A stretch of DNA of 64,000 nt, taken from the NCBI GenBank assembly GCA_038087875.1, contig CM075990.1:6324001-6388000 (forward strand), in the 5' to 3' direction. The position numbers and the translations under genes are program-made. The DNA is from Malacoraja senta. Lineage: Eukaryota. The notes beneath the pieces were generated by a model that saw only the letters and a list, made by a program, of their open reading frames with translations, was not told the origin of the DNA and did not search any database. Shown here one piece after another: positions 62,101-64,000 of this stretch; within the stretch, counting starts at the first letter, position 1; the number at the start of each line of letters is the position of its first letter.

Positions 62101-63618
62101 TTGGTATTGTGAAATAAAAGGCACGCTGGGAGGAAAGGAGAGGGTTGAATGAACAGTAAAATACGGTATCATGCTTCCAAGTGTCACTACGCTCAGTGAG
62201 AGCTGAGAAGTTTTTTTTCACACTGAGCAGCGAGAACAGAGGTGCGATCCGAATTGAATAGACCTGCTTTGTACTGTTGGGAGTCAGAAGTGAAGAACGT
62301 TAACAGCACAGTCGGTTAGCTTTCTGACTGATCGAAGACCAAGACGACGTAGCAATCCCGATAAAAAATAATTATACGCTCGGGATGATATACGCTCTTT
62401 GTTTTATTTTATATTTTATATATCTATTATATCTTCGCTAAACTATGCCACTCGCTTTGACGAATGCTATGGATGTATCCATCCAGCACGATCTCTCAGT
62501 TCATTAGTTTACGCATTTAATTTAGGTCTCGGCTCCAATACAGTAGTGATGATTAAAAAAATCTAGAAAACGTTCCACATAATAAAAGGGTCGCTCAGAA
62601 TTGTCACAAATTATCAACATCGCCTCGCCTGATGAGCATAATAGTAGCAATTCCAAGGAAGATTAGGTAAAATCATATCGTCTGCAATTACAGTAACAAG
62701 AATGAAAATGATTGATAACTTTATTATGTTTGCTCGGCATTGAGCCCCCTCTTTCCGCAGGCACACATTTACAGAAGTACAAAGTGGTGCAATAAATGCA
62801 ACGAGCGTTTTGTTTTACAGTATGCAAGATGCTTAACATTCTTGCGCGACTAAATAATGTATTTTCAATTGCATTTAGCATTTACCTTGTCAACGTAGCA
62901 TTGAAACAATCATACGTTGACGTTTCTCCTATGGCTAATACCAATTTCTGAAATTAACATATTTTTTATTTTAAGAAGATTCAACAAGCGTGCACATCAT
63001 TTACAGTCTTCACCTCTATTTAAAATATTGCTTTATATTTGGATACATAATAATCACACGGGATGATTTGCACAAGACTTGATTCCATTTTATATGTCAT
63101 GGTTTTTTTTGTTCAAATTCATTAGCCCACAATTTGAACACATTTTAAAGTACTTTTGCAGCCACGATTCACATAAGGTTACATTTCTGAGGTGACGATT
63201 GGTGGAAGTTAGGAAGAGAATAAATTAAATCAGGATGCATTAGAAATCGTGGCAACCCAACACGCGTTATTGATTGGAAATATAATTTTGATATATTTCT
63301 GGGAAACTCGGAGTTAACCTGCCATAGCTTGAATGATTGCATAAATTCGTTTCTGGGTCAAGACTAAAATATGTACCCTCCTGCCCTTTTGCAGATTGTA
63401 ATAACGGTACTGATTTGTCGTAAAATTAGTTGCATAATAAAACGCATGGATGTGGCCTTTGGATTAGATCCTCGTTCTAATTAATAGTTCGATGCGAACA
63501 AGTGTATGATGGATATTACCGAACTTTCACCCACATAAACAACTCTAATGGATAATTTCACTTGTACCGCGAAATCAGAGGAATTAACCTATTTTATCTT
63601 GTACATCGCAGGTGAATT

Positions 63619-63834
63619 ATGGAATATTTCCCGTTTTCTAAGGGATTATGGGCAGGTGACAACAAGTTTCTGCATCACCACTTCACTGACATTTTAACAA
63701 GTGTGCACATTACCCGGGAGGTCCCTGAAGACGCAGTCTTCGGCCCCTGCATCCTCCAGAACACATTTTACGACACTATCGCTTTCATTGCCTTGAAATC
63801 TTCAGACCGGAGAAGTGTGCCCTACGTGTTTCGG
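63619..63834 (+). CDS. ZNF488/PRDM8-like: First coding exon of a PRDM8-family PR/SET zinc-finger gene (ZNF488/prdm8a-like lineage); gene continues beyond the window
   Basis: MEYFPFSKGLWAGDNKFLHHHFTDILTSVHITREVPEDAVFGPCILQNTFYDTIAFIALKSSDRRSVPYVFR; acceptor cag at 63609-63611, donor CGG|gtaaga at 63835. FGPC and AFIALKS..R.VPY.FR are PRDM8-family N-terminal PR-domain motifs. Confidence 0.9.
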
Positions 63835-64000
63835 GTAAGAACCCTCTCACCCTCGACCATAGTAGTCTTAAACGTTTCAGTTTGCGAGCTCATTGATTAC
63901 GACACGTGAAGAGTCATCAAACCACAACCCAACTAGACGAATTAACATTTCTTCCAAAAAGTAAGATTTAAAAATTATTTATTTGAAATTGATAAAATCA

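Overview
Eukaryotic, AT-rich vertebrate genomic DNA, most likely from a cartilaginous fish (skate or ray, inferred from the repeat families). The minus strand carries a complete 18-exon anthrax toxin receptor family gene (CDS 55610->734, about 550 aa: signal peptide, vWA domain with intact MIDAS, Ig-like domain, TM helix, cytoplasmic tail, Pro-rich C-terminus). Its exon sizes and sequence are ANTXR1-type, and all mapped introns are GT-AG. As given, exon 1 has a 1-nt frameshift, probably in a G homopolymer. About 8 kb upstream, in head-to-head orientation, is the first coding exon of a PRDM8-family PR/SET gene whose sequence looks more like the ZNF488/prdm8a lineage than PRDM8 proper. This suggests the ANTXRL-ZNF488 ohnolog block. 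The introns contain CR1 and Rex/Babar LINE fragments, tRNA-derived SINEs, and PIF/Harbinger and hAT MITEs. They also contain many short, often palindromic, TSD-flanked Penelope-like (PLE) elements carrying a minimal hammerhead ribozyme core (CUGANGA-stem II-GAAACGUC), which is the most notable non-coding system here. The exon-1 CpG island is bracketed by two minisatellites and a ~190-bp imperfect palindrome. All homology statements come from recalled family knowledge; no database search was run.
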